NCBI RefSeq assembly: GCF_000020385.1
Contig: NC_010814.1
Span: 1,590,001-1,622,000 of the forward strand
Source: Trichlorobacter lovleyi SZ
Lineage (GTDB): Bacteria; Desulfobacterota; Desulfuromonadia; Geobacterales; Pseudopelobacteraceae
Direction of reading: 5' to 3'
Length of the DNA stretch: 32,000 nucleotides
The translations under genes and the position numbers were made by a program. This document shows positions 25,086 through 32,000 of the stretch, one piece after another (positions within the stretch are counted from its first letter, which is position 1; each line of letters opens with the position of its first letter). The notes beneath the pieces are model-generated. The model did not search any database, was not told where the DNA came from, and saw nothing but the letters and a program-made list of their open reading frames with translations.

Positions 25086-26126
25086 ATGTCTCTTGATACC
25101 CCGCTCATACCTCCGATGGTGTATGCGCTTGATTTTTCCCATTGGAAGAAGGCAAGTCTGCGTTCTTTCTTTGCCGGCAGTCAGGTACGGTTTGTTACAC
25201 AGATCACGCAGGTTCCTGCAGGTTCAACCCTGGCGGTATGGGGATGCAGAGAGCTGCCCGGCTTGGCTGATAATATAACTGTTATTCGGCTGGAAGATGG
25301 CTTTATCCGCTCTGTTGGTCTTGGGGCTGATCTGACCCGTCCGGTGTCGTGGGTGGTTGATCGGCAGGGGATCTACTTTGATGCCACCCGCCCCTCAGAC
25401 CTTGAAGAACTGTTGCTGACCACAGCTTTTTCCGATGACTTGTGCAGGCGGGCAGCGCAGTTGCGTGAACGTCTGGTGGCAGTTGGCCTTACCAAGTACA
25501 ACCTATCCGGTCGCAGATGGCAGCGGCCTGACACTGATAGGCCGGTCATTCTGGTGCCGGGTCAGGTGGAATCAGATGCCTCGCTGGCCTATGGGGCACC
25601 CGGTATTAAAACTAATATGGGGCTGCTGCAGGCGGTGCGGGCAGCCTATTTAGATGCCTACCTGATTTACAAACCCCATCCAGATGTACTGGCAGGCCTG
25701 CGGGCCAAAGGGCGGGCTGAGGATCAGGCCCTGACCTGGTGCGATGAACAGATAACAGATGTTGCCATGGGGGAGTTGTTGCCTCTGATTGATGAACTGC
25801 ACACCATGACATCGTTAACCGGCTTTGAGGCGTTACTGCGGGGGAAAAAAGTGACCTGTTACGGTCAGCCTTTTTACTGCAGCTGGGGATTGACAACAGA
25901 CTTGCTGCCGGTTGCTCGTCGGTCCCGCAGATTGACATTGGATGAACTGGTCGCCGGCAGCCTGCTGCTGTATCCTCGTTATATGAGCAGAACCAGTGGT
26001 CAGTTGATCACTGCAGAGCAGGCCCTTGAAGAACTTTTAACCTGGCGTGAGCAGATGCCTGAAACCGCGACGCTCTGGACCAGGCTTAAAAGAACTGTGC
26101 TTCGTCTTGTTGTGGGAGTCAGATAA
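25086..26126 (+). CDS. kpsC: KpsC/LipA-like capsule beta-Kdo transferase, single catalytic domain (~346 aa)
   Basis: VIRLEDGFIRSVGLG, GIYFDATRPSDLE, a QxxxD motif (PGQVESDASL), an HP motif (IYKPHPDVLAG) and TSLTGFEALLRGKKVTCYGQPFYCSWGLT all align with my memory of the N-terminal half of E. coli KpsC. I prefer the ATG at 25086 (AGGA 7 nt upstream) to the GTG at 25023. It abuts kpsS (TAA then ATG). Confidence 0.8.
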   Translation: MSLDTPLIPPMVYALDFSHWKKASLRSFFAGSQVRFVTQITQVPAGSTLAVWGCRELPGLADNITVIRLEDGFIRSVGLGADLTRPVSWVVDRQGIYFDATRPSDLEELLLTTAFSDDLCRRAAQLRERLVAVGLTKYNLSGRRWQRPDTDRPVILVPGQVESDASLAYGAPGIKTNMGLLQAVRAAYLDAYLIYKPHPDVLAGLRAKGRAEDQALTWCDEQITDVAMGELLPLIDELHTMTSLTGFEALLRGKKVTCYGQPFYCSWGLTTDLLPVARRSRRLTLDELVAGSLLLYPRYMSRTSGQLITAEQALEELLTWREQMPETATLWTRLKRTVLRLVVGVR

Positions 26127-27353
26127 ATGGAGCTGCGTCGTTTTCTGTTGTTACAGGGGGTTTGCTCCCCTTTTTTTGCCTGTCTGGCAGAGCGGTTGAT
26201 CCGAGAAGGACACCGCGTTCATAAAATCAACTTTAATGGTGGTGATGCTGCCTATTGGCGGGGGATGCCTGCCCGGTCATTTCGTGGACCGGTTACTGAC
26301 TTGCCTGTTTTTCTTAAAAGTACGTTTCAGGAACATCAGATCAGCGATATTGTCCTGTTTGGTGATCGGCGCCCTGTCCATACATCCGCTGTACAACTGG
26401 CACAATCAAGCAGCATTCGTGTCCATGTCTTTGAGGAAGGGTATTTCCGTCCCCATTGGGTGACCCTTGAGCGGGACGGGGTGAATGCCCATTCCCTGCT
26501 GCCCCGTGATCCTGTCTGGTATCGCGAAATTGGTAAACAGCTTGGTGATAGTCTTGTCACAGAGCCATTTCAGACAACCCTCCGAATCAGGGCCACCCAT
26601 GATGTCCTCTATCACCTCGCAAGTGCTGTCAATCCGCTGCTGTATCCAGGGTATCGCACCCATGCGCCTTGCATTGCACCGCTCATGTATGCCGGCTATG
26701 TCCGGCGTTTTGCCCTGAAGCCGCTGCATGAACGACGAGATACTGTGCTTGTCAATCAGTTGATCAGTTCACAAACTCCCTATTATCTCCTGCCGTTACA
26801 GCTGAACAGTGATGCCCAGATTCGTGATCACTCAAACTTCAAAGATATGGCTGATGTGATGGCCTTTGTGATGGCTTCGTTTGCCCTGCATGCGCCTGCA
26901 GGCAGCCGCTTGGTGATCAAGAATCATCCGCTTGATATGGGTCTGGTCAACTATCCACGCATCATTGCAGAACTTGAGGCACATTACGGTGTTACCGGCA
27001 GGGTAGACTACCTGGAAACCGGTAACCTTGAGGCTCTGGTGCAGCATGCCCGGGGAACAGTTACGGTTAACAGCACGGTGGGTGGGGTTGCATTACAGTA
27101 CAGCTGCCCCACCATAACGCTCAGTGATCCGATCTATAATCTGGCTGGCCTGACCTTTCAGGGAGAGCTGGATAGCTTCTGGCAGCATGCAGAACCGCCT
27201 GATCAGGAGCTGTTCCGCTGTTTTAAGGCAACAGTAATTCAGTCCACCCAGATTAACGGAGGTTTTTACTGCGTCCGTGGAATTGATCTGGCAGTGAAAA
27301 ATTCCATTAACCGTTTAACTGCTGATTGCTCTCCACTTGAGGAGTTGTTGTGA
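26127..27353 (+). CDS. kpsS: KpsS/LipB-like capsule beta-Kdo transferase (initiates the lipid-linked Kdo linker)
   Basis: FLLLQGVCSPFF...INFNGGDAAYW, VLFGDRRPVH, VFEEGYFRPHWVTLERDGVNAHSLLPRDP, QxxxD (LQLNSDAQI) and HP (IKNHPLD) motifs. Confidence 0.85.
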   Translation: MELRRFLLLQGVCSPFFACLAERLIREGHRVHKINFNGGDAAYWRGMPARSFRGPVTDLPVFLKSTFQEHQISDIVLFGDRRPVHTSAVQLAQSSSIRVHVFEEGYFRPHWVTLERDGVNAHSLLPRDPVWYREIGKQLGDSLVTEPFQTTLRIRATHDVLYHLASAVNPLLYPGYRTHAPCIAPLMYAGYVRRFALKPLHERRDTVLVNQLISSQTPYYLLPLQLNSDAQIRDHSNFKDMADVMAFVMASFALHAPAGSRLVIKNHPLDMGLVNYPRIIAELEAHYGVTGRVDYLETGNLEALVQHARGTVTVNSTVGGVALQYSCPTITLSDPIYNLAGLTFQGELDSFWQHAEPPDQELFRCFKATVIQSTQINGGFYCVRGIDLAVKNSINRLTADCSPLEELL

Positions 27354-28117
27354 GCTGGGCCCAGCCAAAAACGATTCTGATTACCGGTGCAACCGGTGCC
27401 ATTGGCAGCGCATTAGCTGAACAGTATGCTACTTCTGGCGTGACACTGCTTCTGTTTGGGCGTGACGAGTTGAAGCTTGGACAGTTGGCAGGTCGTTGCC
27501 GGAGCCTGGGCGCACAGGTTGTGACACTCGTCTGTGATCTGGCCGATCATCGTTGTTTTATGGAGCAATTACAGCAGATCTGTGAACAAAACTGCCCGGA
27601 TCTGGTGATTGCCAATGCCGGTGTCAGTAGCACCGCTGATAAGGATGGTGAGTCCTGGCAGGCGATTGAAGAGGTGGTGGCGGTAAATATGTTGGCTGCC
27701 ATGGCTACGGTGCAGATGGTTGTTCCGTTCATGCGGCAGCAGGGCAGGGGACAGATCGCCCTGATCAGCTCGCTGGCTGCCTGGTACGGCCTGCCGGTTA
27801 CCCCGGCATACTCTGCCAGTAAGGCAGCCATCAAGAACTATGGCGAAGCGTTGCGTGCCGGCCTTGCCCCTGAGGGAATCAGCGTGTCGGTTGTCATGCC
27901 CGGCTTTGTCAGTTCTGCCATGTCCCGCACCGTGCCAGGCCCAAAACCGTTTCAGATGAGTGCAGAACAGGCTGCACAAGCCATTAGCAAGGGCCTGGTA
28001 AAAGGCTGTTCCCGGATCAGCTTCCCGTTTCCGCTTAATCTGGGCTGCTGGGTGCTGGCTGTGCTGCCTTCAGCACTGTCCGGTTGGTTGGTCAAGAGGC
28101 TGGGCTACCGTGCATAA
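27350..28117 (+). CDS. Short-chain dehydrogenase/reductase (classical SDR) with hydrophobic C-terminal tail
   Basis: TGATGAIGSALA (TGxxxGxG), NAGV, the catalytic YSASK, and PGFVSS. The GTG start overlaps the kpsS stop (GTGA). Confidence 0.85.
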   Translation: MSWAQPKTILITGATGAIGSALAEQYATSGVTLLLFGRDELKLGQLAGRCRSLGAQVVTLVCDLADHRCFMEQLQQICEQNCPDLVIANAGVSSTADKDGESWQAIEEVVAVNMLAAMATVQMVVPFMRQQGRGQIALISSLAAWYGLPVTPAYSASKAAIKNYGEALRAGLAPEGISVSVVMPGFVSSAMSRTVPGPKPFQMSAEQAAQAISKGLVKGCSRISFPFPLNLGCWVLAVLPSALSGWLVKRLGYRA

Positions 28118-29657
28118 AGCGTTGTTAATCAGTATCGGCCTGCCGCTTGCCTGTTGCCTTACCTTCTCGTTTGCGCTGGAACTGCTGTTGGTCCCTCGCC
28201 CTGTCTGGCCGTGGCAACGTCCGGTGGTCGCCGTAATGTTGCACAAGGGTCTCTGTCTGCTTTTGTTTGCCCCGCTGCTTCTGTTGCTTCAACGCCCATG
28301 GTTCTGCTGTATCAGCATCCTGGCCCTGCAGGTTCTGGTGATAATGATCAGTAACGCCAAATATCACTCTCTGCAGGAACCGTTCATTTATCAGGATTTC
28401 AGCTATTTTGTCGATGCCCTGCGCTTTCCCCGGCTCTATCTGCCGTTTCTCGGGGCAGGACGGGCTGTGGTAGCCGCTGTTGCCTTTTGCGCTGCCATCT
28501 ATGGCGGTCTGGTGGTGGAGCAACCGCTTCATGCGGTGTACTCTTTTCGACAGATCAGTGGCGTGGCAGCGGTTTTAATCGGCGCCGGTTTGCTGTTGGT
28601 GTTACTTGGGGCCTCTGTCTGGTCAAGATTGAGCCTTGATCCGGTTATAGATCTGCAACAGCTGGGGCTGTTTGCCAGCCTTTGGGGCTATTGTCGGGCA
28701 GAGCAACAGACCTGGTCCGGTTACGCCAATCCTGTTTTCAGTCAAATCCCGGGCCAGCAGATAACCTCAACGCTGCCCAATCTGGTGGTAATCCAGAGTG
28801 AATCCTTTTTTGATCCCCGGCGCTGGTATGATGGAATAACGCCTGATCTGTTGCGCCATTTTGATGCTCTGAAGCAATCCTCGGTCAGTTTTGGCCTGCT
28901 GGAGGTACCGGCCTGGGGGGCCAACACCGTACGCACGGAATTTGCCTTCCTCTCCGGCATTGCCAATCATCTGCTCGGTATCCACCGTTTCAAGCCGTAT
29001 CGTCGGGTAGCACGCCAGGGGCTGCCAACGCTGCCGGGCTATCTCAAGAAACTTGGCTACCGTACGGTCTGTCTGCATCCGTATTCGTCCGGTTTTTATG
29101 ATCGCAAGACCGTCTTTCCACTCTTGGGGTTTGATGAATTTATTGATATCTCACGCTTTGTTGCTGCTGATTACAACGGCCAGTATGTGGGGGATGCTGC
29201 TGTCGGGCGGGTGCTTTGCGCAGAGCTGGCAAAACATGATGGTCCGGGTACTCAACCGCTTTTTATCTTCGTGATTACCATGGAGAATCATGGTCCTTTG
29301 CATCTTGAACAGCTCAGGCCGGAAGAACAGGAACCACTGCTGACCACTCCGTTGCCTGAGGGAGCTGATGATCTGCCAGTCTACCTGCGTCATCTTGCAC
29401 AGGCAGATCAGATGCTGGGTGTGGTGAAAGAGCAACTGACAGCCATGCGGCACGATGCTTGGCTCTGTCTCTACGGGGATCATCTGCCGATCATGCCGCA
29501 GGTTTACCGGCAACTGGGCGAACCGGATGGCACGGTGGATTATCTGGTCTGGGGAAACCGGCATCAGCAGGCGGGTACTCATGAGGTGCGTTTAGAGGTG
29601 GAACAGCTGGCACAGGAACTGTTGAAAAAATCCGGTCTGATGAAGGGGCTTGCATGA
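28110..29657 (+). CDS. LtaS/MdoB-like membrane protein: N-terminal polytopic domain plus sulfatase-fold (AlkP superfamily) transferase domain
   Basis: About 5 N-terminal TM helices, then LPNLVVIQSESFFDPR, WGANTVRTEFAFLSG (candidate nucleophile Thr), FVITMENHGP and LYGDHLP. The GTG start overlaps the SDR gene by 8 nt. Confidence 0.7.
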   Translation: MHKALLISIGLPLACCLTFSFALELLLVPRPVWPWQRPVVAVMLHKGLCLLLFAPLLLLLQRPWFCCISILALQVLVIMISNAKYHSLQEPFIYQDFSYFVDALRFPRLYLPFLGAGRAVVAAVAFCAAIYGGLVVEQPLHAVYSFRQISGVAAVLIGAGLLLVLLGASVWSRLSLDPVIDLQQLGLFASLWGYCRAEQQTWSGYANPVFSQIPGQQITSTLPNLVVIQSESFFDPRRWYDGITPDLLRHFDALKQSSVSFGLLEVPAWGANTVRTEFAFLSGIANHLLGIHRFKPYRRVARQGLPTLPGYLKKLGYRTVCLHPYSSGFYDRKTVFPLLGFDEFIDISRFVAADYNGQYVGDAAVGRVLCAELAKHDGPGTQPLFIFVITMENHGPLHLEQLRPEEQEPLLTTPLPEGADDLPVYLRHLAQADQMLGVVKEQLTAMRHDAWLCLYGDHLPIMPQVYRQLGEPDGTVDYLVWGNRHQQAGTHEVRLEVEQLAQELLKKSGLMKGLA

Positions 29658-30478
29658 GCCCCTCAGCCAAGCTGCGGATCATTTTCTGCACTACCCCCAG
29701 CATTTATTCAGATGTTGTTTTGCAGGAGCTTGTCAAATCTCCCCACGTGCAACTGGTGGGAGTGGTCGCCTCAACCCGGATTTTACGTAAAAACGGCTGG
29801 GGCTGGTGGGATGCTGTACGACTGGTGCGCAAGACCGGACTGCGTTACGCAACCTATCTCTGGACGGTAACAACGCTGTATAGTCTGTTGCGCCGTCTGT
29901 TGGTACCTGATGATCCGGTCAGGCAACATCTGCGAGAGCACCGGGTGCCGGTGCATGCCACCCGGGACATTAACAGCAGCGAGGGAGTTACTTTTGTTCA
30001 AAACCTGCAACCGGATCTGTTGCTGTCCGCCCACTTTAATCAGCTGATCGGATCTGTGTTGCTTGATCTGCCATCAGTTGGTTGTCTGAATATTCACCCC
30101 GGAGCGTTGCCGCAGTACAAGGGGGTTGATCCGGTGATTCATGCTCTGGACAGAGATGAACAGCGGGTGGGAGTGACACTGCATGTCCAGGATACCGGTT
30201 TTGATACCGGTGCAGTTCTTGCCTCGGCTGAAGCTGCAGTAGCTGCGGAAGATACGTTGTTTTCTGTAACTATGCGGCTTTTCAGGCGGGGGACAGGCCT
30301 GCTGCTTGATTGTCTGGCAGCGCATGGAGCTGTCTTGGAAGGGACTCCACAAGAAGCTGACGCTGCCTATGATTCATGGCCGGATAGCGGTTTGGTGGGG
30401 CGGCTGAGGAGCTCTGGCAGGAGGTTAATAGGTGTAAGGTTGTTTTGGGTTTGTCTACGGGGCAACAGCCTGGAATAA
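29654..30478 (+). CDS. Formyltransferase-family protein (Fmt/ArnA N-terminal-domain-like)
   Basis: The Formyl_trans_N catalytic triad context is present: LLLSAHFNQLIG (Asn) and CLNIHPGALPQYKGVDPVIHAL (His, Asp). The canonical Fmt C-terminal domain is not evident. It overlaps the upstream gene by ATGA. Confidence 0.65.
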   Translation: MSPSAKLRIIFCTTPSIYSDVVLQELVKSPHVQLVGVVASTRILRKNGWGWWDAVRLVRKTGLRYATYLWTVTTLYSLLRRLLVPDDPVRQHLREHRVPVHATRDINSSEGVTFVQNLQPDLLLSAHFNQLIGSVLLDLPSVGCLNIHPGALPQYKGVDPVIHALDRDEQRVGVTLHVQDTGFDTGAVLASAEAAVAAEDTLFSVTMRLFRRGTGLLLDCLAAHGAVLEGTPQEADAAYDSWPDSGLVGRLRSSGRRLIGVRLFWVCLRGNSLE

Positions 30479-30488
30479 CGTCACCTGT

Positions 30489-31826
30489 TCAGATCTCTTC
30501 CGCAAGGATGGCAACGGTTTTCCTGATCTGCTCTTCCGTATGCAGGCATGAGATGAAAAAACGCAGCCGTGCAGATTTCTCCGGCACTGCTGGATAGATG
30601 ATCGGCTGAACATTAATGCCACGCTCAAAGAGCGCCTCAGCAAGCCGGGCAGCCTTCAGAGAACTGCCGGTAATTGCCGGTATGATGGCAAGTCCGGCGC
30701 TGCTGCCGGTATTGATCCCTGCCTCCTGTGCCAGTTTTAAAAAAAGTTGGCCCCGCGCTTTCAAGGTTGCTGTAAGTTCAGGTGTTTGACGTATAAGCTC
30801 AAGGGCTGCCAGTGACGAGGCAGCAACTGAAGGCGGCATGCCGACACTGTAGAGAAAGCCGGGAGCAAGGAACTTGAGATGTTCGATCAGTGCGGTTTCC
30901 CCTGCGATATAGCCACCACACCCTGCCAGTGCCTTGCTTAACGTCCCCATCCAGATATCAACGTCGCTCCCCTGCAAAGCAAAATGTTCCCGAATGCCAA
31001 GTCCTTTTTCTCCCATAATGCCGAACGAATGGGCTTCATCCACCATCAAAAAGGCGCAATAGCGTTTTTTTATCTCAACAAAAGCAGGCAGATCGGGATA
31101 ATCGCCATCCATGCTGTAGATTCCTTCAAGTACGATCAATACCCGTTCAAACTGGTGTCGTTGATTTTTCAGGATCTGATCCAGAGCGGTATAATCATTG
31201 TGGGGAAATGACAGCCGTTTGGCGCCTGAAAGCTGTATACCCTGCAGGATACTGTTGTGAATCAGTTCATCGTGGAGTACGAGATCTTTGGGGCCGAACA
31301 GGTAACCGATGGTGGATACGTTGGTGGCGTGACCACTGACAAATGCAATGGCATCATCAACCTGATAGGTCTCTGCAAGGGCTTTTTCAAGTTGCCGGTG
31401 GACAGGACGTTCCCCTGATACGGGGCGGCTGGCAGAAACAGAGGTGCCGTACTGGTCAATCGCCTGTTTGGATGCTTCGGCCACTGCGGGGTGGCCCACA
31501 AGCCCAAGATAGTTGTAGCTGGAATAGTTGATGTATTCTTTGCCGTTAATAACCGTGGTGGCGCCTGCAATACCTTCATGCAGTTTAAAAAAAGGATTGC
31601 TGATGCCAAGACGGACACCGCCATCATTTATTATGCGGAGTTGCTGATAACCGGGATGCAGATGAAAACGATAGAATTTTTCAGGAATTGTTGCTGACTC
31701 TGGTCGTGTGCTGCCGCTTGTAGCGGTTTCCTGGCGTTCTGCAGTTTGTAACCGCCGCTCAAGAGCCTGCAAAATCAGTGCATCTTTAAGTTGGGCGGTA
31801 AGTCCGTGCAATCCTTTACGAGGCAT
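30489..31826 (-). CDS. PLP-dependent alpha-oxoamine synthase family acyltransferase (AONS / serine palmitoyltransferase / RkpG-like) with a ~50-aa N-terminal extension
   Basis: INYSSYNYLGL, SGHATN, DEAHSFG and the PLP-lysine motif GTLSKALAGCGGY. It converges on the formyltransferase-like gene with 10 nt between the stop codons. Confidence 0.85.
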   Translation of the reverse strand: MPRKGLHGLTAQLKDALILQALERRLQTAERQETATSGSTRPESATIPEKFYRFHLHPGYQQLRIINDGGVRLGISNPFFKLHEGIAGATTVINGKEYINYSSYNYLGLVGHPAVAEASKQAIDQYGTSVSASRPVSGERPVHRQLEKALAETYQVDDAIAFVSGHATNVSTIGYLFGPKDLVLHDELIHNSILQGIQLSGAKRLSFPHNDYTALDQILKNQRHQFERVLIVLEGIYSMDGDYPDLPAFVEIKKRYCAFLMVDEAHSFGIMGEKGLGIREHFALQGSDVDIWMGTLSKALAGCGGYIAGETALIEHLKFLAPGFLYSVGMPPSVAASSLAALELIRQTPELTATLKARGQLFLKLAQEAGINTGSSAGLAIIPAITGSSLKAARLAEALFERGINVQPIIYPAVPEKSARLRFFISCLHTEEQIRKTVAILAEEI

Positions 31827-31827
31827 A

Positions 31828-32000
31828 TTACTGGATCATCCTTTTTTCGTCCGTTGCTGGAGTAGCATACACATCATGTACAATCTGCTCAATAATCTCC
31901 TCCGTGACCTCTGCGCCATGCTGAGAAACCGCCTGCTGAACCGATGCAACAGTTTCCTGGTGCGTACTGTTTTCAGCAATATCCCGGGATGAGGAAAGCT
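31828..32000 (-). CDS. 3' end of an unidentified gene that continues beyond the window
   Basis: The reverse-strand frame is open from the window edge (...LSSSRDIAENSTHQETVASVQQAVSQHGAEVTEEIIEQIVHDVYATPATDEKRMIQ*). Its TAA (31828-31830) lies 1 nt upstream of the alpha-oxoamine synthase ATG, which suggests co-transcription. It is missing from the ORF track because it has no start within the window. I recognise no motif. Confidence 0.45.
   Translation of the reverse strand, partial: LSSSRDIAENSTHQETVASVQQAVSQHGAEVTEEIIEQIVHDVYATPATDEKRMIQ

Noticed and set aside
25023-26126. The possibility that the short KpsC is a truncated pseudogene.
   Set aside because: The frame is intact, the conserved QxxxD and HP motifs are present, it has a plausible RBS, and it abuts kpsS precisely with no leftover second-domain sequence. 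I therefore treat it as a genuine single-domain variant (see finding).
88-31697. Numerous 60-170-aa ORFs antisense to, or out of frame with, the main genes. Examples are 21937-22443 (-), 23997-24503 (-), 24504-24914 (-), 28125-28532 (-), 29151-29582 (-), 10554-10943 (-), and 31708-31992 (+).
   Set aside because: Each lies entirely inside a longer ORF that carries clear family motifs. Their translations are low-complexity, Arg/Ser/Pro-rich shadow-frame sequences typical of GC-rich coding DNA, with no RBS or recognisable motif. The ORF at 31708-31992 (+) is the shadow of the minus-strand gene pair at the right edge.
1-32000. Mobile elements, CRISPR arrays, tRNA/rRNA genes, and defence or toxin-antitoxin modules.
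   Set aside because: I saw no transposase, integrase or recombinase motifs, no terminal inverted repeats, no regularly spaced direct repeats, and no intergenic region long enough for a tRNA cloverleaf that I could fold by eye. Apart from the compositional mosaic, nothing points to a mobile or defence island.

Overview
Nearly all of the window from about 3.1 to 30.5 kb is on the + strand, with many 1-8 nt start/stop overlaps. It reads as one large ABC-transporter-dependent (group-2 / kps-like) capsular polysaccharide locus of a diderm bacterium. The order is: a low-GC modification block (sulfotransferase, methyltransferase::AlkP-like fusion, GT2-like); kpsE-kpsM-kpsT; a biosynthetic block (two paralogous double-GT2 enzymes, a GT4, a methyltransferase, a sulfotransferase with a coiled-coil tail); an embedded sulfate-supply block (SLC13 permease with TrkA-C domains, cysD, fused cysN-cysC); an OPX lipoprotein; a GT4; a single-domain kpsC; kpsS; then an SDR, an LtaS-like membrane enzyme and a formyltransferase-like protein. 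An alpha-oxoamine synthase on the - strand converges on the end of this block. The last set recalls the S. meliloti rkpG/H/I/J lipid-carrier genes. The left edge (1-2.0 kb) belongs to another envelope locus: the 3' end of a second OPX export gene, a VanZ-like gene and a PAP2 phosphatase. It is followed by a monocistronic secreted protein of unknown function. I saw no rRNA, tRNA, CRISPR array, IS element or integrase. The main hypothesis is a self-sufficient system for a sulfated and probably methylated capsule. It brings its own sulfate import and PAPS synthesis, and one sulfotransferase sits on a coiled-coil stalk carrying a recent 84-bp (four-heptad) in-frame duplication. All functional calls rest on motif recognition in the translated ORFs and on memory of the protein families. 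No database search was possible.
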